Of a stretch of 64,000 nucleotides of DNA, positions 1 to 9,402 are shown one piece after another (the stretch's first letter is position 1; the number at the start of each line of letters is the position of its first letter). Location: assembly GCA_017303715.1 (NCBI GenBank), contig JAFLBZ010000011.1, forward strand, positions 36,375 through 100,374. The letters are read 5' to 3'. Made by a program: the position numbers and the translations under genes. The stretch is from Rhodothermia bacterium. GTDB taxonomy: Bacteria > Bacteroidota > Rhodothermia > Rhodothermales > UBA2364. Below the pieces are notes generated by a model. The model ran no database searches, was not told the origin of the DNA, and worked only from the letters and a program-made list of their open reading frames with translations.

Positions 1-590
1 GTAGGGCCATTGTTTGATTGAGGTGAAGGCGATAACCAAAAAACCAGAAATAGCACCAATACCGCCAATATGCCAAGCCCCGTCCACATGGCGTTTCGGT
101 TAGGTTTTGTGGTCATTTGCTGTGTTTGAGGATGCGACAGATTGGCCGGCTTGGCCTTGGGTGTTGTCTCACCAAGTGCCGAGAGAACCACATACGCCGG
201 ACGGTACTGTGGATCTAAGGCCACACAACGTCTCGCAAGGGCTTCTGCTTGTTTTCGATCGTCTGGATTTTGGATAGAAACCCATCGGAGTCGGTGGGCT
301 TCGGCCAGCTCATAGAGAACGCGCAGGTCTAACGGGCGTACCGAAATCACAAATTGGAGTTCGCGGATGGCGTCGTCCCAGAGCTGGTGTTGTTTGAAGT
401 TCAGGGCACGTTCCAAAGAAGCCTGAGCACGCGCTTCGAGTGCAGTTCGTTGCTGTTCCGTAATACCCAACTCGCTTGCGGCGCGGTCTAAATCGGCTTG
501 CGTAAGTGGGGGCAAAGCCGGATTGTCTTGCACATCCATGAGGCGTTTGAGGTATTTTTGTAGAATGGCTTCGGGATCGTGCTGTGGCAT
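1..590 (-). CDS. Hypothetical protein, 3' end runs off the window; helical/TPR-like N-terminal part followed by a hydrophobic transmembrane segment
   Basis: My own translation of the minus strand from ATG (588-590) gives MPQHDPEAILQKYLKRLMD...AMWTGLGILAVLVLFLVFWLSP with no stop before position 1. It is absent from the ORF track because it is truncated. Confidence 0.5.
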   Translation of the reverse strand, partial: MPQHDPEAILQKYLKRLMDVQDNPALPPLTQADLDRAASELGITEQQRTALEARAQASLERALNFKQHQLWDDAIRELQFVISVRPLDLRVLYELAEAHRLRWVSIQNPDDRKQAEALARRCVALDPQYRPAYVVLSALGETTPKAKPANLSHPQTQQMTTKPNRNAMWTGLGILAVLVLFLVFWLSPSPQSNNGP

Positions 591-715
591 GGATATCAAT
601 CGCTTAAAGGTGGAAGTGAACACACCAAAACTACAAAGAAATGCCGATACAAAAAATGGTACCGGCTACTTTCTACGGAGCAAATCGTAATTGGGTCTTA
701 ACAGCAGCAATTAGC

Positions 716-1915
716 CTAATTCAAACCATCCAGAGCGGTTTTTATGCGTCTGACGGCTTCCACCAATTTGTCTAAGGATGTGGCATAAGAAATCCGTAAG
801 CCATTGGGATCACCAAATCCTTCTCCGGAAACTGCGGCAACGTGGGCTTCCTGCAAAAGATATAGGCAGAGCTGCTCTGCGTTTTGGATCAAACGGCCAT
901 TTGGTGCTGTTTTGCCAAAGAAGGCCGAGACATCGGGGAATAAATAAAATGCCCCTTCCGGTTTGGGACAGTTGAGGCCCTTAATATCATCCAATAAGGT
1001 CAAAACGGTGTCGCGCCGCTCCCTAAAAGCTTTTACCATTTTTGCAATCGGCTCAAAATCCATCCTCAAAGCGGCTATTCCGGCAATTTGGCTAAGGTGG
1101 CTGGCATTAGAGGTGGTCTGGCTTTGCACCTTGTCCATCGCCTTAACCACATCCAAAGGGGCTGCCGCATATCCCAAACGCCAACCCGTCATGGCATACG
1201 CCTTGGAAAGCCCATTAATGGTCACCGTGCGTTCTTTCATACCTTTTAAAGAAGCAAAACTTATGTGTTTGGCATCAAAAATAACGTGTTCATACAACTC
1301 ATCTGAAATGACCCAGACCTGTGGATGGCGGCGCAAGACCTCGGCCAAGGCTTCCAATTCGTCGGGTGAATAGACAGAACCTGTGGGATTGGAAGGCGAG
1401 CAAAGGATTAAAACGCGGGTATGTTGCGTGATGGCATTTTCCAATTGCTTAGGCGTAATTCGATACTCCGTCTCTACGGTTGTGGGCATCGGGATGGGTG
1501 TTCCGCCCGCGAGAACCGTCATTTCGGGATAACTTACCCAATAAGGAGATGGGATCAAGACCTCGTCGCCGGGGCGACAAAGCACCATCAAGGCTTGTGC
1601 AACCGATTGCTTGCCCCCGTTTGAACAAATAATTTCTTTGGCGCTGTATTCCAACAAATTTTCGCGGGCAAATTTTTCAGAAATCTCTTGGCGTAATTCC
1701 AAAAGCCCTGCATTATCGGTATAAGTAAAGCCACGTCCAGCACGTAGCGCCCCAATAGCAGCCTCTACAATAGGCATAGGCGTTGGAAAATCTGGCTCAC
1801 CGGCACTCAAACCAATGATGGGAATGCCTTGTTGGCGAAGTTGGTTGGCCATTGCCGTCATTGCGAGGGTGGCGGATGGCCTCATCGCCTCTACGCGGGG
1901 GTTAAATTGCGTCAT
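716..1915 (-). CDS. aspC: Aspartate/aromatic aminotransferase, PLP-dependent class I
   Basis: 399 aa. MRPSATLAM...LSAGEPDFPTP N-terminus and SKAYAMTGWRLGY PLP-lysine motif are typical of AspAT subgroup Ib. Confidence 0.9.
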   Translation of the reverse strand: MTQFNPRVEAMRPSATLAMTAMANQLRQQGIPIIGLSAGEPDFPTPMPIVEAAIGALRAGRGFTYTDNAGLLELRQEISEKFARENLLEYSAKEIICSNGGKQSVAQALMVLCRPGDEVLIPSPYWVSYPEMTVLAGGTPIPMPTTVETEYRITPKQLENAITQHTRVLILCSPSNPTGSVYSPDELEALAEVLRRHPQVWVISDELYEHVIFDAKHISFASLKGMKERTVTINGLSKAYAMTGWRLGYAAAPLDVVKAMDKVQSQTTSNASHLSQIAGIAALRMDFEPIAKMVKAFRERRDTVLTLLDDIKGLNCPKPEGAFYLFPDVSAFFGKTAPNGRLIQNAEQLCLYLLQEAHVAAVSGEGFGDPNGLRISYATSLDKLVEAVRRIKTALDGLN

Positions 1916-2262
1916 ATTTGCCGGTCATTATGGTTAACAATATCTTATGATTATCAATACCTTAGCTTGAAGCACAATAAAAAAAGAAAAGGAAAAAGGG
2001 CGTGAAACTCCCAATAAAAAAAGGCTTAGGCAGTGTGAAGGTTCATCATGAAAGGGCTTTTGAACGGGAGAACCTCTTCAAGTACAGACTGATAGCCGGA
2101 CAATACTTGAATATTACACCAAGACAAAATACGAAAAGGGGATATTGGTCTATCCTATGTGGTTTGAAGACCCGTTATGGGTATGTTCTAAAAAAACTTA
2201 TTCGCATAACCGAGCCATATACAGTATCTTTGTGCTTTCAAACCCTTAGACGCAATGCACAT

Positions 2263-3096
2263 ATGGGAAAAGTAATTGCCATCGCCAATCAAAAAGGCGG
2301 CGTGGGTAAAACCACCTCGGCAGTCAACATTGCCTCATCGTTGGCTGCAATGGAGTTTGCAACGGTTCTGATTGATATGGATCCACAGGCAAATTCGACC
2401 TCGGCACTCGGAATAAACCCGCGCGAGGTTCCGACATCTGTGTATGAAGTGTTGGTGGGAAATGTCCCCATAAAAGAGGTGGTGTTAAAGACCGAAATGC
2501 CTCATTTAGACCTGATCCCAAGCCACATCAACCTTGTGGGTGCGGAATTAGAGATGATAGACCTGCCTGAACGCGAACATGTCTTGCTTAAAGCATTGAA
2601 ACAACTACGCACGCAGTACCAGTTTATCATCATAGATTGCCCCCCATCTTTGGGCCTGCTAACGCTAAATGCGCTAACCGGCGCCAATTCGGTCATCATT
2701 CCCGTCCAATCCGAGTATTTTGCCTTAGAAGGGTTGGGGCAACTACTGAATACCATTAAGCTGGTTCGCCAAAACCTTAATCCAGCCTTAGAGATTGAGG
2801 GTGTTTTACTCACCATGTTCGATGCACGGCTCCGCCTGTCCAATCAGGTGGCATCAGAAGTGCGCCGCTATTTTGGCGAGAAAGTCTTTACCACCATGAT
2901 CCACCGGAATGTTCGCATCTCGGAAGCACCCAGTTTTGGTAAACCAGTTATTCTGTACGACGCGACGAGCATCGGAACCAAAAATTATATGGCCGTTGCA
3001 AAAGAAATCATCCAGAACAATTTGGCTCAATTCACATCCACTACGGTGAAAGTGGCCAAACAGACCAAAACGCCGGTAGAAAAATCGTCGTCTTGA
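2263..3096 (+). CDS. parA: Chromosome partitioning ATPase ParA/Soj
   Basis: Deviant Walker A KGGVGKTT directly after the internal ATG at 2263 ([18 protein letters not shown]). The 87-codon extension from the GTG at 2002 has no ParA-like sequence. Confidence 0.92.
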   Translation: MGKVIAIANQKGGVGKTTSAVNIASSLAAMEFATVLIDMDPQANSTSALGINPREVPTSVYEVLVGNVPIKEVVLKTEMPHLDLIPSHINLVGAELEMIDLPEREHVLLKALKQLRTQYQFIIIDCPPSLGLLTLNALTGANSVIIPVQSEYFALEGLGQLLNTIKLVRQNLNPALEIEGVLLTMFDARLRLSNQVASEVRRYFGEKVFTTMIHRNVRISEAPSFGKPVILYDATSIGTKNYMAVAKEIIQNNLAQFTSTTVKVAKQTKTPVEKSSS

Positions 3097-3145
3097 ACCT
3101 TTTATAGGTCTTTATCTTAACAAAAGCGATACCTCAATAGACCTT

Positions 3146-4090
3146 ATGGCAAAGAAACCAGCGCTCGGAAAAGGATTAAATGCACTCTTACCCAATGCAC
3201 CTTCCAGTAGCGATCATCTATCCGGCACGGAGCATCCTGTAGCTGCACATTTGTATCGTTATGATGATCGGGCACGCGCCTTGGGCCGAGTGGCCGAGAT
3301 TGAAATCAGCCAGATTCGCCCCAATCCATATCAACCCCGCCGAGACTTCGACGAACAAGGCTTAGAAGATTTAGCCTCTTCGATTCGGCAGTTGGGCATC
3401 ATCCAGCCCATTACGGTGCGGGCGGGCGGTGATGGTGATGGCTACGAATTGATTTCAGGCGAACGTCGCTGGCGTGCCTCCCGCCGAGCAGGGCTTACCA
3501 AGATTCCAGCCTATATCCGCGAGGCCGACTCGGAGGCGATGCTGGAAATGGCCATTGTGGAAAACGTCCAACGTGAAGACCTGAACCCAATAGATGTGGC
3601 TTTGGGCTATAACCGGCTGATGGAAGAGTGTGGCCTTACGCAAGAGCAAGTGGCAGAAAAGGTGGGGAAAGACCGCTCTACGGTAACCAATTTCTTACGA
3701 CTACTCAAACTCCCGCCGGCTGTACAAGCGGCACTGCGCGACGGCTCTTTGTCTAACGGGCACGCCCGTGCATTACTCCCGCTTCCGGATGCCCAAGTCC
3801 AAGTCGCCTTTCTTAAAGTCATTCTTGAACAGGCACTCTCTGTACGAAATACCGAAGACCGCATCCGCACCTATCTTCGCAAGCTAAAAGATGCACAAGA
3901 GACGCCCGAAACACCCACCATGCCGAGTGTGGAGGAGCTACAAGTGAATGAGTTTACCAATCGTCTGCGAACTTATATGAGCACCAAAGTGGACATTAAA
4001 CACCGCCAAGACGGAACTGGAAGGGTGGAAATTGCCTACTACTCGCAAGACGATCTGGAGCGGATAATGGATTTGCTCACGAATAAATAA
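3146..4090 (+). CDS. parB: Chromosome partitioning protein ParB/Spo0J
   Basis: 314 aa. Has the ParB-box GERRWRA, an HTH region (LTQEQVAEKVGKDRSTVTNFLRLL) and lies immediately downstream of parA. Confidence 0.93.
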   Translation: MAKKPALGKGLNALLPNAPSSSDHLSGTEHPVAAHLYRYDDRARALGRVAEIEISQIRPNPYQPRRDFDEQGLEDLASSIRQLGIIQPITVRAGGDGDGYELISGERRWRASRRAGLTKIPAYIREADSEAMLEMAIVENVQREDLNPIDVALGYNRLMEECGLTQEQVAEKVGKDRSTVTNFLRLLKLPPAVQAALRDGSLSNGHARALLPLPDAQVQVAFLKVILEQALSVRNTEDRIRTYLRKLKDAQETPETPTMPSVEELQVNEFTNRLRTYMSTKVDIKHRQDGTGRVEIAYYSQDDLERIMDLLTNK

Positions 4091-4093
4091 CCC

Positions 4094-4738
4094 ATGATGT
4101 TGCTTCGTCCTTTGGTTGTGGGTACTGTTTGTTTTGTTTTATGGGTTCCTGTATTGCTCGGACAGCGCCCGGACTCGTTGGCGGCAAAGCCCTTGATCGT
4201 AGAAAAACTTGTCCCATCTGACACAACGGATGTCTCATCGGACACTACAAAATGGATTCCAGACCCCAAAAAAACCCTGCGCTGGTCGCTCATTCCGGGC
4301 GGAGGGCAATACTACAACCGCGAACGCTGGAAAGTACCTATCGTATGGGCGGGGCTCGCAACGGCAACCGGATTTACAGCCTATTTTGTACGCCAATATC
4401 GCTTGTATTTTCGTGCTCATGCGTACCAACTCAATCTGGAACGGGTTGCTAGTGGCCTAACCCCCACCAAGTCGGATTATTTGCTTTGGCAATCTTCCTA
4501 TGACGACATTGCGCAAGGACGCCCCATTGCTTCTACACCCCTAAAACAAGCGAGAGACTATCACTATCGCAATGCAGGATTTGCCCTTTTGTCCGTGGCA
4601 GGTGTTTGGGCAATCGCCACCGCCGAGGCATACATCAGTGCACAACTCAAAGACTTCGATGTGGAGGAAATCCAGCCATCGCTTTCGTTTTTACCCAATT
4701 CCAAAACACCAGCATTAACCCTGACCAAAAAATTTTAG
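4094..4738 (+). CDS. DUF5683-like membrane protein, conserved partner of parAB in Bacteroidota
   Basis: 214 aa. N-terminal signal/TM, IPGGGQYYNRERWKVPIVWAGLA motif, and a start 3 nt after the parB stop. Confidence 0.7.
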   Translation: MMLLRPLVVGTVCFVLWVPVLLGQRPDSLAAKPLIVEKLVPSDTTDVSSDTTKWIPDPKKTLRWSLIPGGGQYYNRERWKVPIVWAGLATATGFTAYFVRQYRLYFRAHAYQLNLERVASGLTPTKSDYLLWQSSYDDIAQGRPIASTPLKQARDYHYRNAGFALLSVAGVWAIATAEAYISAQLKDFDVEEIQPSLSFLPNSKTPALTLTKKF

Positions 4739-4847
4739 GTGCGCCTTCGTCGGTTCTTCCTGATTAAGTCATTATTTAAAGCAACGAAAGGTATTATATT
4801 TCTTGTTCTTGTATCTTCCTTTCCCACCTTTGCATTCATAGTTTGTT

Positions 4848-6119
4848 ATGGCCGATACGCAAAAGTACGCCCAATTTGCCGCTCAAAGAAAGCGTGCAGA
4901 CCTTCCCCTTTTCAAAAAAGCAGAACGTTTTTTTGATCCCGACGGCGATTATGTCCGCGTGACCGGTGCCGATCTCTATCCTTATTTCCGACCAATTCAG
5001 CGGAATGAAGGTGCTCGTGCGGTGATCAATGGTCGCGAAATTATTATGGCTGGCTCCAACAATTACCTTGGGCTTACCTCGGATCCACGTGTGAAGGCCG
5101 CTGCAAAAGATGCTATAGATAAGTATGGAACGGGTTGTACGGGAAGCCGTTTCTTGAATGGAACCTTGGATATCCACATCGAATTGGAAGAAAAACTGGC
5201 ACAGTACATGAATAAAGAGGCTTGTGTACTATTCTCTACGGGATACATGACTAACCAAGGAGTACTTTCCAGTTTGGCCAGTAAAGGTGACCTTATTTTC
5301 TCGGACAAAGACAACCATGCTTGTATTGTTGCCGGACAACAACTGGCTCTTGCCGAGACCAAGCGCTTTAATCATAATGACATGAACCACCTGCGCCGGT
5401 TGTTAGAGCGAGCAAGCGTCGAAAACCCAAGTGCAGGAAAGTTGATTGTCTCCGATGGCGTTTTCTCGATGAGTGGTGCTGTCGCAAAAGTACCAGAGTT
5501 GGCCTCGCTTGCCGAGGAATTTGGAGCCGCACTTTTGTTGGACGATGCACACGCTTTTGGGGTGATTGGAAATGGCGGACGGGGTTCTGCGGCCTATTTT
5601 AATCTGGAAGACAAATGCCATCTTACCACCGGTACGTTTTCGAAGAGTTTTGCCTCGCTCGGTGGTTTTTGTGTGGGGGATTACGACGTCATCGAATACA
5701 TCCGACATACGTCTTCTACGCACATCTTTAGTGCCTCTATGCCGCCCGCAAACGTGGCAACCGTGCTCAAGTGCCTCGAAATTTTGGAAACAGAAACATG
5801 GCGGTTAGACCGCTTGTGGGAAATCTCGGACTACATGCGGAAAGGCTTTGCACAGTTGGGCTTTAACGTCTGGCAAAGCCAGTCCCCCGTTATTCCGGTT
5901 GTGGTGGGCGATATGTGGACGTGCTTCCAGTTCTGGAAAGACCTCCTCGAAGAAGGCGTTTTTGTTAATGCCGTTATTCCCCCGGCAGTACCGCCAGGGC
6001 AGTCGCTCATGCGTACCTCTTATATGGCCTCACATACCAACGAAGACCTTGATTTTATCCTTTCCGCTTTTGAAAAAGTAGGAAAGAAACACGGTGTTCT
6101 TGGCCAAAAAGAAGGTTAA
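4848..6119 (+). CDS. Alpha-oxoamine synthase family enzyme (serine palmitoyltransferase / cysteate acyltransferase / KBL / BioF-like)
   Basis: 423 aa. PLP-lysine motif GTFSKSFASLGGF, DDAHAFG, SNNYLGL. The N-terminal extension resembles bacterial SPT-like enzymes. Confidence 0.85.
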   Translation: MADTQKYAQFAAQRKRADLPLFKKAERFFDPDGDYVRVTGADLYPYFRPIQRNEGARAVINGREIIMAGSNNYLGLTSDPRVKAAAKDAIDKYGTGCTGSRFLNGTLDIHIELEEKLAQYMNKEACVLFSTGYMTNQGVLSSLASKGDLIFSDKDNHACIVAGQQLALAETKRFNHNDMNHLRRLLERASVENPSAGKLIVSDGVFSMSGAVAKVPELASLAEEFGAALLLDDAHAFGVIGNGGRGSAAYFNLEDKCHLTTGTFSKSFASLGGFCVGDYDVIEYIRHTSSTHIFSASMPPANVATVLKCLEILETETWRLDRLWEISDYMRKGFAQLGFNVWQSQSPVIPVVVGDMWTCFQFWKDLLEEGVFVNAVIPPAVPPGQSLMRTSYMASHTNEDLDFILSAFEKVGKKHGVLGQKEG

Positions 6120-6172
6120 CCGCTGTATGGCGTGTTTGGATAAATGCCGCCCTTGAATCTCATAGCTTCATC

Positions 6173-6204
6173 GCCCGACGTAAAGTTGCGTCGGGCTTTT
6201 TTTT
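6173..6204 (+). terminator. Intrinsic terminator after the oxoamine synthase gene
   Basis: GCCCGACG (6173-6180) / CGTCGGGC (6189-6196) 8-bp stem, 8-nt loop, then T8. Confidence 0.75.
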
Positions 6205-6290
6205 GCATAAACACACGGATGGAGCAAAAGAAAATGCCTCCACCGGATAACGAGTAAAGGCATTTTAAACAACAAACAGGCGCTTTATGG

Positions 6291-8915
6291 TTAGTCAAGC
6301 CCAGCCAAATTCTCCTTGAGTTTCTCCAACTCCAGTGTTGCATCACGTTCTTTTTGCCGTTCCCGCTCCACCACGTCGGCTGGGGCGCGATCCACAAATC
6401 CGGCATTACCCAACTTCCCACGAACAGATTTTAAGAAGCCTTCTTTTTGGGCAATTTCTTTAGAAAGTCGGGTACGTTCTGCGTCTAAGTCTATCAAGTC
6501 GGCAAGTGGGACAAAAACCTGATGGCCTTCTACCACCACAGCAGCGCTTGCAGGCGGCTTTTCGAGTCCGGCGCCCGCTGTTAGGTTTTCCACTTTGGCC
6601 AACTGTCGGAAATAGGCACTTTGTTCAAGAAGTGTAGCCAGAAAATCCTTGTCATGTTGGGCAACGGAGACCACGGCTTGGACGGTTTTCCCCGGTGGAA
6701 TACCCATTTTGGCCTTGATATTTCGGATACCGGAGATCATTTGTTGCATCAATCCAAAGTGCCGCGCTGTTTCTGGCGATTTTTCTGCGGGGTTTACTTG
6801 TGGCCATTGGGCAGCAATCAGGGCTTCTCCTTCGGAGCGTGGGCGCAATTTCCACCACAACTCTTCGGTAATGAACGGCATAAACGGATGTAACAGCCGC
6901 AGGAGGCGCTCATAAATATCGATGGCCAAGGCAACATCGGCTTCCGGCATGGTTTGGCCAAAAGGCGGCTTGATCAATTCCAAATACCAGTCGCAGAAAT
7001 CCCCCCAGAACAAGTCATAAATCTTAAGAAGGGCTTCGTTTAGGCGATACTGGGCCATGTCTGCATCAACAGTTTCGATGGTTTCCGCGATGCGGTGAAG
7101 CATCCAGCGGTCTGCCAGTGACAAGTCAGCTTTCGTAATGCCGCGATAGTCCTTTTCGGGTTCAATAAAACGCCCAAATACATTAAAGGCATTCCAAATC
7201 TTGTTGGCAAAATTCCGTCCCATCTCCATTTTGAGCGGATCCAGTTTAATGTCTTGCCCTTGCGCACAAAGCACGGTCAGCGAGTAGCGGACTGCATCGG
7301 CCCCATATTGGTCAATCAAGTCTATGGGATCAATACCATTTCCGGCGGACTTAGACATTTTGCGTCCGTGTTTGTCGCGGATAATGCCTGTGATGAAGAT
7401 GTCTCGGTAAGGCACATCGTCCATACAGAACAAGCCGCCCATCACCATCCGGCTGATCCAGAAAAAGAGAATATCGTATCCTGAAACCAGCACGGTTCCG
7501 GGATAATAATGTTTCAGTTCGGGCGTTTGTTCGGGCCATCCGAGGGTGGCAAATGGCCAAAGCCACGAGGAAAACCACGTATCCAATACGTCCTCGTCTT
7601 GCACCATATCCGGTTCGGGCTGTGTTACCGAAACCAAGAAGCCGCGCGATTCGTCGCGGTTGCCATGCTCATCTGTCCAGTACCAAGCCGGAATGCGGTG
7701 TCCCCACCACAATTGACGGCTAATGGTCCAGTCTCGAATACCCGTCATCCAGCGTTCAAAATCGTTTTCCCATCGTTTGGGATAGAATCGGATTTTTCCT
7801 TCGCGCCAAGATTGGAGGGCGGCATCGGCCAAGGGCTTCATTTTAACAAACCATTGTAGCGAAACACGCGGTTCTACCACGGCTTTGGAGCGGCTCGAAA
7901 CCGGAATCATGGTTTTGTAAGGCTCGGTTTTCTCCAAGAGTCCGGCGGCCTCCAAATCTTTGGCTACTTGTTCGCGTGCTACAAACCGATCCATTCCCGG
8001 GTACGGTGTATTTTCATTTAGGGTCGCATCTGGGTGCAAGGTCTCGCGAAAAGCAAGGCCGTGCCGTTTGGCCACGTCAAAGTCGTTTTTATCGTGGTTT
8101 GGGGTGATTTTCAACGCACCCGAACCAAATTCGATCTTCACATACTCATCCGCGATGACAGGAATCCAGCGATCTGTCAGTGGAACCCGTGCTTTTTTAC
8201 CAACCAAGTGTTTGTACCGCTCGTCTTCTGGATGGACGGCAATGGCCATATCGCCGAAGATGGTTTCGGGTCTTTGGGTGGCAATCACCAAGGTTTCGCC
8301 GGTTTCCAGCTCATAGCGCACATACCAGAGGCTTGAGTCCACTTCTTTGTTGTCCACCTCTTCATCGGAGAGCGCTGTCAGGTCGGAGGGGCACCAATTG
8401 ACGATATACTCGCCCCGATACAACAATCCGGCTTCATAGAGTTTCACAAAAACCGTTTGGACGGCATGTACATAGGCTTCGTCAAGGGTAAAGCGCTCGC
8501 GTTTCCAGTCGCAGGAGTCTCCTAAGAGCCGCTTTTGTTTAAGGATAATACCACCGTACTCTTCTTTCCAAGCCCAAACCCGCTCCACAAAGGCTTCCCG
8601 TCCCAAATCGTGGCGGCTTTTGCCTTCATTGGTTTTCAGTTCTCGTTCCACCACGTTTTGTGTAGCAATGCCAGCATGATCCATCCCCGGCATCCAGAGG
8701 GCATCATAACCTTGCATCCGCCGCATCCGCGTTAGCACATCTTGGACGGTATCTTGTAAAGCATGTCCCATGTGCAATTTGCCCGTTACGTTGGGCGGGG
8801 GCATCATGATGACGTGCGGTGGTTTTCCGGAGTTGAGATCGGTATCAAAGTAGCCGTTTGTCTCCCAATACGGATACCATTTCTGCTCAATTTCTTTAGG
8901 ATTATAGGCGGACAT
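6291..8915 (-). CDS. valS: Valine--tRNA ligase
   Basis: 874 aa. Class I HIGH-type motif (PNVTGKLHMGHAL), KMSKS, and a C-terminal coiled coil. Confidence 0.97.
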   Translation of the reverse strand: MSAYNPKEIEQKWYPYWETNGYFDTDLNSGKPPHVIMMPPPNVTGKLHMGHALQDTVQDVLTRMRRMQGYDALWMPGMDHAGIATQNVVERELKTNEGKSRHDLGREAFVERVWAWKEEYGGIILKQKRLLGDSCDWKRERFTLDEAYVHAVQTVFVKLYEAGLLYRGEYIVNWCPSDLTALSDEEVDNKEVDSSLWYVRYELETGETLVIATQRPETIFGDMAIAVHPEDERYKHLVGKKARVPLTDRWIPVIADEYVKIEFGSGALKITPNHDKNDFDVAKRHGLAFRETLHPDATLNENTPYPGMDRFVAREQVAKDLEAAGLLEKTEPYKTMIPVSSRSKAVVEPRVSLQWFVKMKPLADAALQSWREGKIRFYPKRWENDFERWMTGIRDWTISRQLWWGHRIPAWYWTDEHGNRDESRGFLVSVTQPEPDMVQDEDVLDTWFSSWLWPFATLGWPEQTPELKHYYPGTVLVSGYDILFFWISRMVMGGLFCMDDVPYRDIFITGIIRDKHGRKMSKSAGNGIDPIDLIDQYGADAVRYSLTVLCAQGQDIKLDPLKMEMGRNFANKIWNAFNVFGRFIEPEKDYRGITKADLSLADRWMLHRIAETIETVDADMAQYRLNEALLKIYDLFWGDFCDWYLELIKPPFGQTMPEADVALAIDIYERLLRLLHPFMPFITEELWWKLRPRSEGEALIAAQWPQVNPAEKSPETARHFGLMQQMISGIRNIKAKMGIPPGKTVQAVVSVAQHDKDFLATLLEQSAYFRQLAKVENLTAGAGLEKPPASAAVVVEGHQVFVPLADLIDLDAERTRLSKEIAQKEGFLKSVRGKLGNAGFVDRAPADVVERERQKERDATLELEKLKENLAGLD

Positions 8916-9078
8916 AAGTTTTGGCGTGTTGAATCTGGAAGTAGGATCGTATCAATACAATACGAAAGTGGACAAAGATACAAGCCTAAGGCGGATGGAA
9001 GATGTAAAATATGGGGAAAATGAAAAACTTCGATCATAAACGGGTTGCTTTGGGGTAAGCAATGAACACTGCTCCCAC

Positions 9079-9107
9079 AAAAAAAGCCCCTGCCGTAGGA
9101 CAAGGGC
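9079..9107 (-). terminator. Intrinsic terminator with no annotated gene upstream of it
   Basis: Minus strand reads GCCCTTG-tcctacgg-CAGGGGC (7-bp stem with one G-U pair) followed by T7. Confidence 0.65.
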
Positions 9108-9350
9108 TATGATTCTTGGAGGAAGGTAGCAAAGGTGGGTGGTTTTCGCGGTGGTGCGATTCGGTATTGGGGGGCGAAACCTCGACGGAGTGGTGGTGGC
9201 GTGGTGGTGTTATTCGTCGGTGTTGGTTTCTGGTCGCAATATCCGCACAAAAACCCCTTGCCTGCTTAGAACCTTCGATGGGATGGTTTTATATTTCGAC
9301 CAATTATTGCCGAGAGACGATAAACAGGGTTTTAGTGAACCCTGGGAAAT
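9108..9350 (-). ncRNA. Candidate small RNA (or micro-ORF transcript) bounded by two terminators, C/A-rich and G-poor
   Basis: About 240 nt lie between the yceI terminator and a second minus-strand terminator, with no minus-strand ORF of 60 aa or more. Repeated CCACC motifs and CCUUCCUCC occur near the 3' end. A predicted stem GAAACC/GGTTTC plus CGACG/CGTCG presents a CCACC-rich loop. Confidence 0.3.
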
Positions 9351-9380
9351 AAAAAAAAGCCGCTTCGTGTTTGAAGCAGC
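9351..9380 (-). terminator. Intrinsic terminator of yceI
   Basis: Minus strand reads GCTGCTTC-aaacac-GAAGCGGC (8-bp stem) followed by T8, 23 nt after the yceI stop. Confidence 0.75.
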
Positions 9381-9402
9381 TTCCAGAGAAATCTTGGATT
9401 GC

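Noticed and set aside
2001-2010. parS-like half site CGTGAAAC upstream of parA.
   Set aside because: Only half of the TGTTTCACGTGAAACA palindrome is present. No full parS was found anywhere in the window by eye.
2002-2262. N-terminal extensions in the ORF track: parA from 2002, NTP-transferase from 12906, NeuB-like from 14566, BNR protein from 21504, mnmA from 45838, M28 from 63110, metH from 35475.
   Set aside because: Internal ATGs give canonical family N-termini or signal peptides and remove overlaps with upstream genes. The extensions have no homology-like features.
9116-9352. Plus-strand 78-aa ORF (Trp/Gly-rich), and a plus-strand GGAGGAAGGTAGCAAAGG string vaguely reminiscent of SRP RNA or RNase P RNA cores.
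   Set aside because: The ORF is the G-rich complement of the C-rich element, with implausible composition. The SRP-like string lacks the closing helix and GNRA tetraloop, and the RNase P GGAAAGUCCGG core is absent. Both flanking terminators are oriented for the minus strand.
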